Part shown: positions 30,952-40,299 of the stretch, in pieces
How the letters are laid out: each line of letters begins with the position of its first letter
Position numbering within the stretch: the stretch's first letter is position 1
Assembly (NCBI GenBank): GCA_029838195.1
Contig: JALGVJ010000014.1
Span: 32,796-96,795, forward strand
Length of the DNA stretch: 64,000 bases
Direction of reading: 5' to 3'
Source of the DNA: Promethearchaeota archaeon
Lineage (GTDB): Archaea > Asgardarchaeota > Lokiarchaeia > Sigyniarchaeales > SOKP01
Translations under genes and position numbers: made by a program
The notes under the pieces: model-generated
Told to the model about the DNA's origin: nothing
The model's input: only the letters and a program-made list of their open reading frames with translations
Databases searched by the model: none

Positions 30952-31627
30952 AATACGAGATCATCCCATTTTTAAAGGGGTATATGTATCTCACCATGAA
31001 CAAGGAATGAAATTATACACGAAAAATTTAATTCCCGGAAAAGCGATTTATGGAGAAAAATTAGTACCATATAAAGACTTTGAGTTAAGAGAATGGGATC
31101 CTTTCCGGAGTAAATTAGCCGCCATGATTTTAGAGAGGCCAAAACATAATTATTTAGAGAATAAAAATAGCTGTTTATATTTAGGAGCAGCATCAGGAAC
31201 GACCATTTCTCATTTATCAGATATCATAATTAAGGGAATAATCTATGGAGTAGAAGTTTCCGAAAGAAGCATCCGACAATTAATCCAAAACGTAGCAGAT
31301 AGACCTAATATCATTCCTATTTTAGGGAATGCAAATTTTCCGCTTAATTATGCAAAAGTGATATTCAGCGAAATAGATCTCATTTATCAAGATGTTGCAC
31401 AACCCAATCAAGCGGAAATAGCAATTAAGAATAGTGATTATTATTTAAAAGAAGGAGGAATTGGTATTTTAGCGATCAAATCCCAATCAATAGATAGCGT
31501 GGTGCGATCAAGAGAAGTTTATGAGAAAGAGAAGGAAAAACTTCAAGAAGCAGGGTATAAAATTCTAGAGACGGTTAATATTCATAAACATGCTGCGAAC
31601 CACGTGATCGTCGTTTATAAAAAATGA
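30938..31627 (+). CDS. flpA: Fibrillarin-like 2'-O-methyltransferase
   Basis: WDPFRSKLAA, LYLGAASGTT.SH, YQDVAQPNQ. Confidence 0.96.
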   Translation: MEKLEIRDHPIFKGVYVSHHEQGMKLYTKNLIPGKAIYGEKLVPYKDFELREWDPFRSKLAAMILERPKHNYLENKNSCLYLGAASGTTISHLSDIIIKGIIYGVEVSERSIRQLIQNVADRPNIIPILGNANFPLNYAKVIFSEIDLIYQDVAQPNQAEIAIKNSDYYLKEGGIGILAIKSQSIDSVVRSREVYEKEKEKLQEAGYKILETVNIHKHAANHVIVVYKK

Positions 31628-31737
31628 GTAAAGAGGGGAAAAAGAGGAGTTCTTTTTTAAATTTCCTGAAGTTTAAATAAAAGGACGCTCATGTATTTAA
31701 AATGAGGGGGATATGAGTAAAAAAACCAAGATTTAAA

Positions 31738-32436
31738 TCATAAATAATCGGAGATTTTACGATTATAGAGCTCTTCATCTAATAATTTCTTGATCGTCCT
31801 CCAACTTTTCCTCGCAAAACTAGGAATTTTTTTGTGAATTCGAATATAATTTCTTAAAAATTCAATCGTTTTAGCATCTGAGGGATATCCCGAACCAATT
31901 GGGCCATATTTTTTTTTTAATTCGTCAATTAAATAATCTCGCATTTCTTTAGCTAAAATAGATGCTGCAGAAACAATAGGAAAGAGATCGTCTGCTTTAT
32001 GTTTAGAAACAAGTTCCTTGGGACGGAAATTTAAAGTGTTTAATATTGATTGCCCAAATCTCTCCTCATTCACGTCAGCAGCGTCAATATAAATAATATC
32101 CGGTTTTAATTCATTAATAATGGATTTTATCTTGAGTTCCTCAAGTTGATTTAATGAAAGCTTATTTTCATATCGAGCATCAATTTCTTTAGGTGAAACG
32201 ATTGAAAAAGCATGCGAATGGCAGTTGATTTTTAATATTTCTAAAAAACCTTGTCGTTTTTTTTTTGTTAATTTTTTTGAATCTTTAATCTCAAGTTCAT
32301 ATAAAAAGTCCAATTTGGACTTTAGAAAACAAATTCCACAGATGACCAGAGGACCTATAACGGAGCCTTTTGGGGCCAGATTCTAACTGAATCTTGCTCT
32401 CCCGGCCTCATCAATTCCGCATACTATCTCCGTCAT
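31738..32436 (-). CDS. rnhB: Ribonuclease HII, two exons: join(32436..32399, 32368..31738), 222 aa
   Basis: Exon 1 MTEIVCGIDEAG is missed by the ORF track; the spliced product reads GIDEAGRGSVIGPLV; downstream KDSKKL, KAD...VSAASILAK, GSGYPSD, RKSW. Confidence 0.92.
32369..32398 (-). other. Predicted 30-nt BHB-type intron in rnhB mRNA (contains in-frame TAG)
   Basis: Bulges AG^A and AA^A, central helix GGG/CCC (+C.A), inner helix GC/GC + AGATTC/GAATCT; excision restores DEAGRG. Confidence 0.83.
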
Positions 32437-32604
32437 GTGTTCTTCTTATATTAATAATATCCCATGAATTAAAAAATGTCAAGGTAAAAAAAAATAATTT
32501 AATTGACCATATTACCGGTTTCTTTATACACCAGCATTGGGTTCATTTTCAATTCTTCGAGAAAAAGGGTTATTATCAAATAATCCGTTCTTACCTTTTT
32601 AAGC

Positions 32605-33618
32605 TCATTTTTGTTCTTTTTGGACAAGCTCGACGAATTCTACTTCATCGTCTACTTCTTCTAATTTTTTAATCTTAATAAAAGGAATATGCCTTGCTTC
32701 CAATTTTTCAGGGATCTTGAATTCATTGTTCACGATAAATAAAACGTGTTTTTGGAATAGTTCGGTAAAGATCTTTAAATTATTCAAGAAAAATTCGTTG
32801 AATTTTTTTCTATCTTCAGATACGCCCGAAAGCAAGGGATAAAAATCATCTTCTTGAGTCATGTACCACGATTTTGAAAATAAAGCTAATTCTACCGGAG
32901 CTTGTCCTTTCTTATACCAATAAGAAGAAATTCCAATATCTTCTATTATTTCTTGAAGATGAGTTTCAAAATTAGTTAATTCTTGTTCTTTTTCTGAACT
33001 TTTTTCGTCAAGATCAAATTTGATCCGCCAATCCAAGACATTTATGCTACGATATAAATTATCTTTTTCTAATAGTTCTCTAATTTTTTCAGCCATTTCT
33101 ACTGAAGGGGCCATGCTTTCGTTTTCATAAGCACAAACCGTACGTTTTGTAACATTTAATTTTTCTGACAGCTCTTTTCTGGTTACGCTTTTCTGTTCCC
33201 GTGCGTGTTTCATTTCCTTCCCATCAATAAAAATCACGCCCCCTCCTCGTCGAGCTAAAATGTGAGGATATTGCTGCTTGATCATTATTTTTTCTAAAGT
33301 TTTTAGGGAAATGAACGGTAATCCTTCTCTTAGATAAATGGTATTATCTTCTAAATTTTGATATCTATTTTTCAATCCGATAAGTAAAGGCTTAGAATTT
33401 AATAACAAAGACATGGCTTTAATGTCATTAACCATGTTCATGTTAATATTATCGATATTTGTAAAAAGTTTAACTAAAAACACCAAACGTGAGGTTCTAT
33501 GTTGTACTAATATGTCATAACACAATTTATTCCTTTTCCCGGGAATTTTTACGTTAAACGTTTCATACCCGGCAGCATGTAAGACTTGCTCCACGCGTTC
33601 TAATTCTTTATCAATCAT
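32605..33618 (-). CDS. Archaeal HTH (cro/C1) transcriptional regulator, COG1395-like
   Basis: LVKLFTNID, ARRGG..IFIDG, HTH RKELSEKLNVTKRTVCAYE. Confidence 0.8.
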   Translation of the reverse strand: MIDKELERVEQVLHAAGYETFNVKIPGKRNKLCYDILVQHRTSRLVFLVKLFTNIDNINMNMVNDIKAMSLLLNSKPLLIGLKNRYQNLEDNTIYLREGLPFISLKTLEKIMIKQQYPHILARRGGGVIFIDGKEMKHAREQKSVTRKELSEKLNVTKRTVCAYENESMAPSVEMAEKIRELLEKDNLYRSINVLDWRIKFDLDEKSSEKEQELTNFETHLQEIIEDIGISSYWYKKGQAPVELALFSKSWYMTQEDDFYPLLSGVSEDRKKFNEFFLNNLKIFTELFQKHVLFIVNNEFKIPEKLEARHIPFIKIKKLEEVDDEVEFVELVQKEQK

Positions 33619-33811
33619 GCTCTCCCATTATTGAATATTTATTAAGTTCAAATAAATTTTTCTTTTAACCAAGGAACATAAAATCGCTTTTCTCTATTAA
33701 TTAATAAAATATTTGAGAAAGATTCTTTTTTAAAATTTAATTTAAACTTTATATTTTTTTATGTTAAATAATTTATTCATCTATACTCGATTACAATAAA
33801 TAGTTGTAAAA

Positions 33812-35041
33812 ATGTTAAAAATTAACAAAGCAGACTTCAAACCCATAGAAGAATCCGATTTTCCCGAAATTTGTGAACGAAAAGGTATTGGACATCCCGA
33901 TTCAGTATGTGATGCTGCCGCTGACGCGTGCTCTCGAGCGCTATGCAAATATTATTTTGAACACTTTGGCAGATATTATCATCATAACGTGGATAAGGCT
34001 GTATTAGTAGGTGGAATAGCAAAACCCGCATTTGGAGGGGGCTTGATTCTTGAACCAGAATATTTCTTAATCGTAGGAAGAGCGATAAATCAAATTTTAA
34101 AAGAAAATAAATTAGAATACATTCCAGTCGCAACTATTTGTCTCGATGCGTGCCGAGAAACCGTTTCAAATATTTTTCGAAACTTGGATTTGGATTCTCA
34201 CATTCAATTTGATTACGCAGTGCGGCCAGGTTCTATAGATTTAACAGGTGTTTTTGACGAATCTAATGCAATGGAGCAAGTTCCCTTGGCAAATGATACC
34301 AGTTTTGGTGTAGGTTATGCCCCATTATCAGATGCCGAGAAGATTGCCTTGGAAGCAGAAAGAATGCTCAATTCAGATGCTTTTAAGGAGAAATGCCCTG
34401 CTTCTGGAGAAGATATTAAAGTCATGGTTCAGAGAGTGGGAAAAGATGTGGATATAACGGTATGTGGTGCCATGGTAAGCAAGTATATTAAAGACAAGAG
34501 CGAATACGTGAATTATACAGAACAAATGAAGGATGCCGTGTTAGATTTAGCAGCAAAAATAATTCCTGAAAAAAATGTGAACTGTGCTGTAAACGTGGGA
34601 GATAATATTGAAAAAGGTATTCTTTATTTGACTGTCACGGGTACAAGCGCAGAAGCGGGAGATGATGGGGAAGTTGGAAGGGGAAATCGCAGTAACGGTT
34701 TGATCACTCCCTGTCGTACAATGTCTCTCGAAGCTGTCTGTGGAAAGAATCCCATTAATCACGTGGGAAAGATTTATAACGTGCTTGCAACTAACATGGC
34801 AAAAGAAATAGTAGAAAGAGGCCAGGGCGATATCATTGAGGCTCACGTGAAATTGCTTTCCCAAATTGGAAGACCTATAAATGATCCTTGGGTAAGCTCG
34901 ATCAGCCTCATTCCGGCGAATAACGTGAATTTTTCAAATATTGAAAAAATTGCAAGAGAAGTTTCGGAAGAGAAATTAAGTATAGAAAACATCATCAATT
35001 TAAGAGAAAGATTGATTGCGGGAAAGGAGCAGGTGTTTTAG
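33812..35041 (+). CDS. mat: Archaeal S-adenosylmethionine synthetase
   Basis: [56 protein letters not shown]. Confidence 0.96.
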   Translation: MLKINKADFKPIEESDFPEICERKGIGHPDSVCDAAADACSRALCKYYFEHFGRYYHHNVDKAVLVGGIAKPAFGGGLILEPEYFLIVGRAINQILKENKLEYIPVATICLDACRETVSNIFRNLDLDSHIQFDYAVRPGSIDLTGVFDESNAMEQVPLANDTSFGVGYAPLSDAEKIALEAERMLNSDAFKEKCPASGEDIKVMVQRVGKDVDITVCGAMVSKYIKDKSEYVNYTEQMKDAVLDLAAKIIPEKNVNCAVNVGDNIEKGILYLTVTGTSAEAGDDGEVGRGNRSNGLITPCRTMSLEAVCGKNPINHVGKIYNVLATNMAKEIVERGQGDIIEAHVKLLSQIGRPINDPWVSSISLIPANNVNFSNIEKIAREVSEEKLSIENIINLRERLIAGKEQVF

Positions 35042-35333
35042 CATTTTAATTTTTTACCTTGAAAAGTGTAATTCATGATTTTCTTTTTTTTATTTTAATT
35101 CTTTCCGAGATTAATAAAAAAATTGATTATTTTACTCCGATCAAAAGAATGTTTTTATTTTCATCTAACATTCGTAAAATGATACAAACATGAAAATTTA
35201 AACGATGAATAGAGATGTTTTTTTTGTCTCTTTTCCTATTAATATTATTAATTACCTAATGAACCTTATTTAATATTTGAAGGAATAAAATTTCTATAAA
35301 TATTTCTTTTATATTGTTATTAAGTGATTTCTC

Positions 35334-35609
35334 GTGAGTTTGGATAAATGGTTAAAAAAAGAGCCCACCTCCTCTAAAAAAAGTAAAAAACCAGAGAAAA
35401 AAAAGGAACAAAAAGATCCTAATGGTCAAGAAACAAAAGAAAAAGAAGTTGTACCAACACCTCAATCGCAAGCTCCCATAAAGGGCTTGAAAAAGCATAT
35501 CTTTTATTGTTCAAGATGCAAATATCAGAAAATCATCAGAAAATCAAAAATTAATGAAAAGGATAAAACTTGCCCTAAATGCAAAAATATAATGAAAGAA
35601 AAACCCTAA
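35334..35609 (+). CDS. Small Zn-ribbon protein
   Basis: CSRC...CPKC at the C terminus, N-terminal MSLDKWL and a low-complexity linker. Confidence 0.65.
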   Translation: MSLDKWLKKEPTSSKKSKKPEKKKEQKDPNGQETKEKEVVPTPQSQAPIKGLKKHIFYCSRCKYQKIIRKSKINEKDKTCPKCKNIMKEKP

Positions 35610-35869
35610 TGACATGATGAGAGTTCGTTATTTAACTCATCTTCAAGTTTAACTCTTGATAACTCTAAAATCCTTTCACAATTTGGACACCTATTCTTTT
35701 TTTTCCGATATTTTAAAATCAGATATATAAATATTCCTAATCCTAAGGTGAGAAAGATCATGAAGCATAAAATCTCGTGATAAATATGATCGAAATTCTT
35801 TCGTGTGGGAACAACAAAGTTCTCACAGGTCGGACAATATACAAGTTCATTTTTTTTAGAAAATGGCAT
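35606..35869 (-). CDS. Small membrane-associated Zn-finger protein (LITAF-like layout)
   Basis: CPTC, hydrophobic segment, CPNC. Confidence 0.65.
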   Translation of the reverse strand: MPFSKKNELVYCPTCENFVVPTRKNFDHIYHEILCFMIFLTLGLGIFIYLILKYRKKKNRCPNCERILELSRVKLEDELNNELSSCH

Positions 35870-36027
35870 GGTTTATTTAGTTCCTTTTATTACCTTTAGT
35901 TTTTTTAAAATTATAATGAAATTAAGCATTTCATTTATTTTAAAATATTGTAAAAACCTTGAAACTTTTAAATTATAAAATTACATGCGAAAAAAGATTA
36001 AATACTTTTAAAAAAGAATCTAGTTTT

Positions 36028-36153
36028 TCACTCCTCTTTATTTTTTTTACTTGATATTAACATGTCCCATCCCGTAGATTTTAAGCCTAAATCCTTGATT
36101 CTTTTTCTTTCTTCTTCCAAATCTTCCTCTTTTTCATTTTCTTGTTCAGTCAT
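36028..36153 (-). CDS. Small hypothetical protein, 41 aa (not in ORF track)
   Basis: MTEQENEKEEDLEEERKRIKDLGLKSTGWDMLISSKKNKEE*; purine-rich coding-like strand filling an intergenic gap. Confidence 0.5.
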   Translation of the reverse strand: MTEQENEKEEDLEEERKRIKDLGLKSTGWDMLISSKKNKEE

Positions 36154-36305
36154 GACTATATACCAACCTAGTTATTCTATTAAATTTTAATCCTTATATC
36201 AATGAATTAAATATACAAATGCATAAATTTAATATTGATGAAATTCATTAAATAAGAGATATTAATTATAATTTTAAAATTGTTTAGATTAATGGTAAGT
36301 GCCTC

Positions 36306-37307
36306 ATGCCTAAGTGCGACCATTGCGGAAACGAAGTAGAGGAAACATATTTTTGTAGCCAATGCGGATTTCATTATTGTTTCTTACACGTGAAACCAGA
36401 GGATCACGAATGTTCTATTATCAAATCCCAAGGTCTAACAATTCAAGAGACGTTTTCTCCAGTAGAGCCCCAACAATGGAACCAAGAAATGGATACAATT
36501 CAACACCATCCCCCAATGGACGATACAAGCCAGAGAGTTAAAAGGGGAACTACGGATGGAAGCTATACATGGTATAGAGAAGAAGTCTACATTCCTGAAA
36601 ATGCGTTTGATCCTGCTTCAGGAATAAAATTTAAGGGGATTTTGCTGTCTCATAAATCCGAAGGCTTACATTTTTTAATAGGCGCCATTTTGATTTTTTC
36701 CATAGGGATTCTTGGATTTTATAATCAAACATTAATCGATTTCGGTTTAGGGTGGATGATTTTCCTTTTAGCGGGATTCTATACAACTGCATTTTTATTT
36801 CATGAATTAGGGCATCGTCAAGTGGCCCGGCATTACGGTTTTCAAACTAAATTTAGACTTCTCACATATGGAATATTCATAACATTAGTAAGTTTATTTT
36901 TAGGTCTTTTTTCGTTATTATATGAACTCCCAACCATTCCTACCTTAGCCCTCCCTGGAGCTGTTGTCGTTTTAGGATTGGACAAGATTGATAAAAAGAC
37001 AGGATATTGTAAAGCAGCAGGACCTTCTATAAATTTAGTGTATGGTATAATTTTATTAGTAATTTCTTTTATTTTGCCAAAAACACTCTATCCGTTGAAC
37101 ATGTTTATTGGATATGCTGCTGCCCTTAATTTTTCATTAGGTTCCTTTAACATGATCCCCGTAGGAATATTGGATGGCTATAACATTTTCAAATGGAACA
37201 AAACGATTTATTTTCTCTTGGTCTCTTCTCTCTTGATTTTACTCATCATCACCCTTGCAAACATTTATGCCCCAATAGAAATTTCAAATTATTTTCCAAG
37301 AAGGTAA
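36306..37307 (+). CDS. AN1-type Zn finger fused to M50 (site-2) metalloprotease
   Basis: CDHC..CSQC..YC..H..PEDHEC; HELGH, AAGP..N, FNMIP.GILDG. Confidence 0.85.
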   Translation: MPKCDHCGNEVEETYFCSQCGFHYCFLHVKPEDHECSIIKSQGLTIQETFSPVEPQQWNQEMDTIQHHPPMDDTSQRVKRGTTDGSYTWYREEVYIPENAFDPASGIKFKGILLSHKSEGLHFLIGAILIFSIGILGFYNQTLIDFGLGWMIFLLAGFYTTAFLFHELGHRQVARHYGFQTKFRLLTYGIFITLVSLFLGLFSLLYELPTIPTLALPGAVVVLGLDKIDKKTGYCKAAGPSINLVYGIILLVISFILPKTLYPLNMFIGYAAALNFSLGSFNMIPVGILDGYNIFKWNKTIYFLLVSSLLILLIITLANIYAPIEISNYFPRR

Positions 37308-37497
37308 GAATGCATTAAAACGGCATGAGGTTTGTTAAAAATGAAAATTTTCTAAACGTGCTAAGATAATAATTTGGATTAAGAACAAACTAAAAAAATG
37401 ATGCTACATGATTTTTATTAAAAACGTATCGCTGTTATTTTTAATCCATTATAAAAATTCTAATATAATTTCTTAAAAAATTAATCGGGTCGTTAAT

Positions 37498-38415
37498 TTG
37501 GCAAATTGTGATTATTGTAATAAACCCATCGGTTATCTTCCTTTTAAATGCAAGTACTGCGGAGGCACATTTTGTAAGATTCATCGATTACCAGAAAATC
37601 ATGAATGCACTTTCTCTATACCTCAAACAATAAAGGAACCCGTGAAAATAAAAAAAACCCGGAAAACTTACAGTAGTGAAGCATTTAAAGAAACGCCCGA
37701 TAGAACATACTTGGATTATAAAAAAGAAGAAGAGCGTCAAAGAGCAAGAGCAAAAAAAATGTATAGACGAACACGGCCAAGACAATACTTTTCTCTAAGA
37801 AGCAGGCCTCTCAGCCCCTATCTTTTATTGATCATCTTCATTTTTTCTATTGTAGCTTTAGTTTTTCCCATTTTTCTCTGCTTGAGTAGTTATACCTTCT
37901 TAAACTATTTCCTCTGGACCTATTTTACTTCCCTTTTTGTAAGCTATTCATCCAGTTATATCGGGATTCTTTTTCTTCTCATTTTAGTATTAATTTTTTA
38001 TAACATCATCAAAACGATTGAAATAAATTTTGGTACTAAATTATTATTCACGTTGTATTTAGTTTCTGCGATGGGGACTGCTCTATTATATTTTTTGATA
38101 TGGACATTTTTGCGTACTTTGGGGATTGACCCTTATACTATCCCTTTTATCGGTTTGGCATCAGGTGCATTATTGGGTGTAATTTGCTTCTTAATCTATT
38201 TTAATTTACGGCAAGAATTCATGTTTCTATTCTTTTTCCTTCCCATACGAATGAGAGGTAGCTTATTGATATGGTTATTGATATTAATTCGATTAATTCC
38301 GGGACTTTTATTTGCTTTAGTGGATTTGCGATATTTAGCAATTTATTTACCAGACTTAGGCGGAATCTTAGCCTCTTATATCTTCTATAAGTACAAATAT
38401 CGCTTGCGGATTTAA
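37498..38415 (+). CDS. AN1-type Zn finger fused to rhomboid-like membrane domain, probably inactive
   Basis: CDYC..PFKCKYCGGTFC..HRLPENHEC; WT.FTSLF, E..FG, GLASGA, PDLGG (catalytic His absent). Confidence 0.75.
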   Translation: MANCDYCNKPIGYLPFKCKYCGGTFCKIHRLPENHECTFSIPQTIKEPVKIKKTRKTYSSEAFKETPDRTYLDYKKEEERQRARAKKMYRRTRPRQYFSLRSRPLSPYLLLIIFIFSIVALVFPIFLCLSSYTFLNYFLWTYFTSLFVSYSSSYIGILFLLILVLIFYNIIKTIEINFGTKLLFTLYLVSAMGTALLYFLIWTFLRTLGIDPYTIPFIGLASGALLGVICFLIYFNLRQEFMFLFFFLPIRMRGSLLIWLLILIRLIPGLLFALVDLRYLAIYLPDLGGILASYIFYKYKYRLRI

Positions 38416-38526
38416 TGGATTTCTCTAAACCGAACATCAAATTAAAAAAGATTTTCAAGGGCGAATGATTATATTTATTATTTTAAAAATGGATAAAGAT
38501 AATATTAATGAGGCAAAGGATTAAAG

Positions 38527-39198
38527 GTGACTGAAAAAAAAGATACGCTAAAAGTTATTGAATTAAATGAAGATTTAATATCAAATAACGAGCGCTTAGC
38601 AAGAGAAAATCAAAGTATTTTAAAAGAAAAGAACATCCGATTTTTTGAAGTAGTGGGGGCAATTGGTGCGGGAAAAACAACCCTCTTGGAGAAAATCATT
38701 GAGCAATTAGCTTCTAAATATAAAATTCTTGTGATTAATGGAGATGTGACCACGCGGATTGACGCGGATAGAATCGAGCGACACGGGGCAAGTTCCATCC
38801 AAATCAATACGGGAAGGGAATGTGCTCTTAATTCGTATCATATTTATCAAGTGATCCAAAATTTGGATATAAATGATTTTTCAGGAGGAATTTTATTCGT
38901 GGAAAACGTGGGAAATCTTATTTGTCCCTCCGATTTTATATTAGGTGCAGAGAAACGAATCGTTGTAGTATCGATAACAGAAGGGGAGTGGGTGATCAAG
39001 AAACACCCATTATTGTTTAAAATGTCCGATTTGGCAGTAATAAATAAAATTGATTTACAAGATGTTTTAGAAGTAAATATTGAGAACATGGTTCAAGATG
39101 CCTTGAGCATAAATCCTATAATGAAAGTGATTTGTACGAGCATGGAAACGGGGGAAGGCATTGCAGAGATTATTGAAGCCTTAGGAATCTTGCTATAG
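38527..39198 (+). CDS. hypB: Hydrogenase nickel incorporation GTPase HypB
   Basis: GAGKTTLLE, GD...DA.RI, ENVGNLICP, S.TEG, NKID. Confidence 0.9.
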   Translation: MTEKKDTLKVIELNEDLISNNERLARENQSILKEKNIRFFEVVGAIGAGKTTLLEKIIEQLASKYKILVINGDVTTRIDADRIERHGASSIQINTGRECALNSYHIYQVIQNLDINDFSGGILFVENVGNLICPSDFILGAEKRIVVVSITEGEWVIKKHPLLFKMSDLAVINKIDLQDVLEVNIENMVQDALSINPIMKVICTSMETGEGIAEIIEALGILL

Positions 39199-39260
39199 GC
39201 GTTAAAAATTAAAGGAATAAAACTAATATTATTTTAATAAACTTTATAGTAAAATGAAAT

Positions 39261-39707
39261 GTGAAATTAAAGGAAATAAATAGAATAATGTTTCGTTCTT
39301 ACAATACCGAGTTACAATCGTTTTTGGATAAAATTGTAAAAGTATATTTAGAGAATGATAAATTTTTTGTGGGACAACTAAAAGGGATTTCAGAAGATTC
39401 AAATTTAATTTTAATCAATGCGAAAAATGAAAAAAATAAGACTTTTCCGAAGATTTTAATCCAAAAAAACTTTTTCAAATACATTACCTTAGAAGAGGAG
39501 CCTTTTCCGATGAAAGCTTTGGCAGATAGAATCTCTACCATTTTTAGCAAGGGGCACGTGAATTACATTGAAGATCAAAACATTATTTCCATATTAAACG
39601 GTAAAATAATTGTAGATGAGAATGGCGTGAGAGGCGAAGGTCCCTCTGCTGAGAGAGTAAAGAAAATATATGCGCAGTTTAAGATGGATCTTGAAGAATC
39701 TTCTTAA
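39261..39707 (+). CDS. Sm/Lsm-like protein with C-terminal domain (SmAP3 type)
   Basis: V.VYL...FVGQLKG...NLILINA Sm fold plus G.GPSAERV C-terminal domain. Confidence 0.75.
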   Translation: MKLKEINRIMFRSYNTELQSFLDKIVKVYLENDKFFVGQLKGISEDSNLILINAKNEKNKTFPKILIQKNFFKYITLEEEPFPMKALADRISTIFSKGHVNYIEDQNIISILNGKIIVDENGVRGEGPSAERVKKIYAQFKMDLEESS

Positions 39708-39781
39708 AACCATCCCTTCTTTATTTTTTTAAAAAACTAGTATCTATTAGCTCAAATACTTTTGTTGGTTTATGGTGAGGG

Positions 39782-40294
39782 TTATTTTTCAAAGATTTCT
39801 AAGAGGTTTTTTAACTGAAGATCCTTCACGATATTTTTTAAGAGTGCTTTTCCTAAAGGCGTGATTTCAATCATTTCTAAATCTTGGAGTTTTGAGATTC
39901 TCATGTAATCTTTATTTATCAAAAATTGGATATCCGTTTCCCAAACATCGGAAAAGATTTCTTTTACATCTTTTAGATTCATATTCTCATCAAATTCTTT
40001 GCTATAAGCAATCAAAAGTGCCAAGATGCCATATTGTTCAGGAGAAATTTCTTTATCCTTTCCTTCCATGGTTAAAATATAATATTTTTCACCATGGAAT
40101 TTAGATGTGATGAGTTCTATTCCAATTTCTTTAAATTTTTCATAAAGGAGCAAAATGACTTGTGGAAACTCAGATTCATTCGGGTAAAGGTTTTTTAGAT
40201 CTTCTTCCCTAGCCATCAAGGCTTGGTTTTGGAGTAAAAATTTACTCAAGGTTTTCACAATTTCACTTAAATCGTCTTGATTCATGGTGTTCAC
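39782..40294 (-). CDS. Tandem winged-helix protein, kite family-like (MAGE/Nse1/Nse3/ScpB)
   Basis: FPQVI..LYEKF..IGIELI...YYILT, PEQYGILALLI, LI.KDY, ITPLGK; adjacent to the SMC-like gene. Confidence 0.55.
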   Translation of the reverse strand: MNTMNQDDLSEIVKTLSKFLLQNQALMAREEDLKNLYPNESEFPQVILLLYEKFKEIGIELITSKFHGEKYYILTMEGKDKEISPEQYGILALLIAYSKEFDENMNLKDVKEIFSDVWETDIQFLINKDYMRISKLQDLEMIEITPLGKALLKNIVKDLQLKNLLEIFEK

Positions 40295-40299
40295 CTTTT

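Noticed and set aside
32383-32385. Pyrrolysine or stop readthrough at the TAG in rnhB
   Set aside because: It would place 10 residues inside the invariant DEAGRG active-site motif; BHB-like geometry explains the insert better
25924-32436. elp3 and rnhB as pseudogenes
   Set aside because: Each has one structured lesion, and all other catalytic motifs are intact
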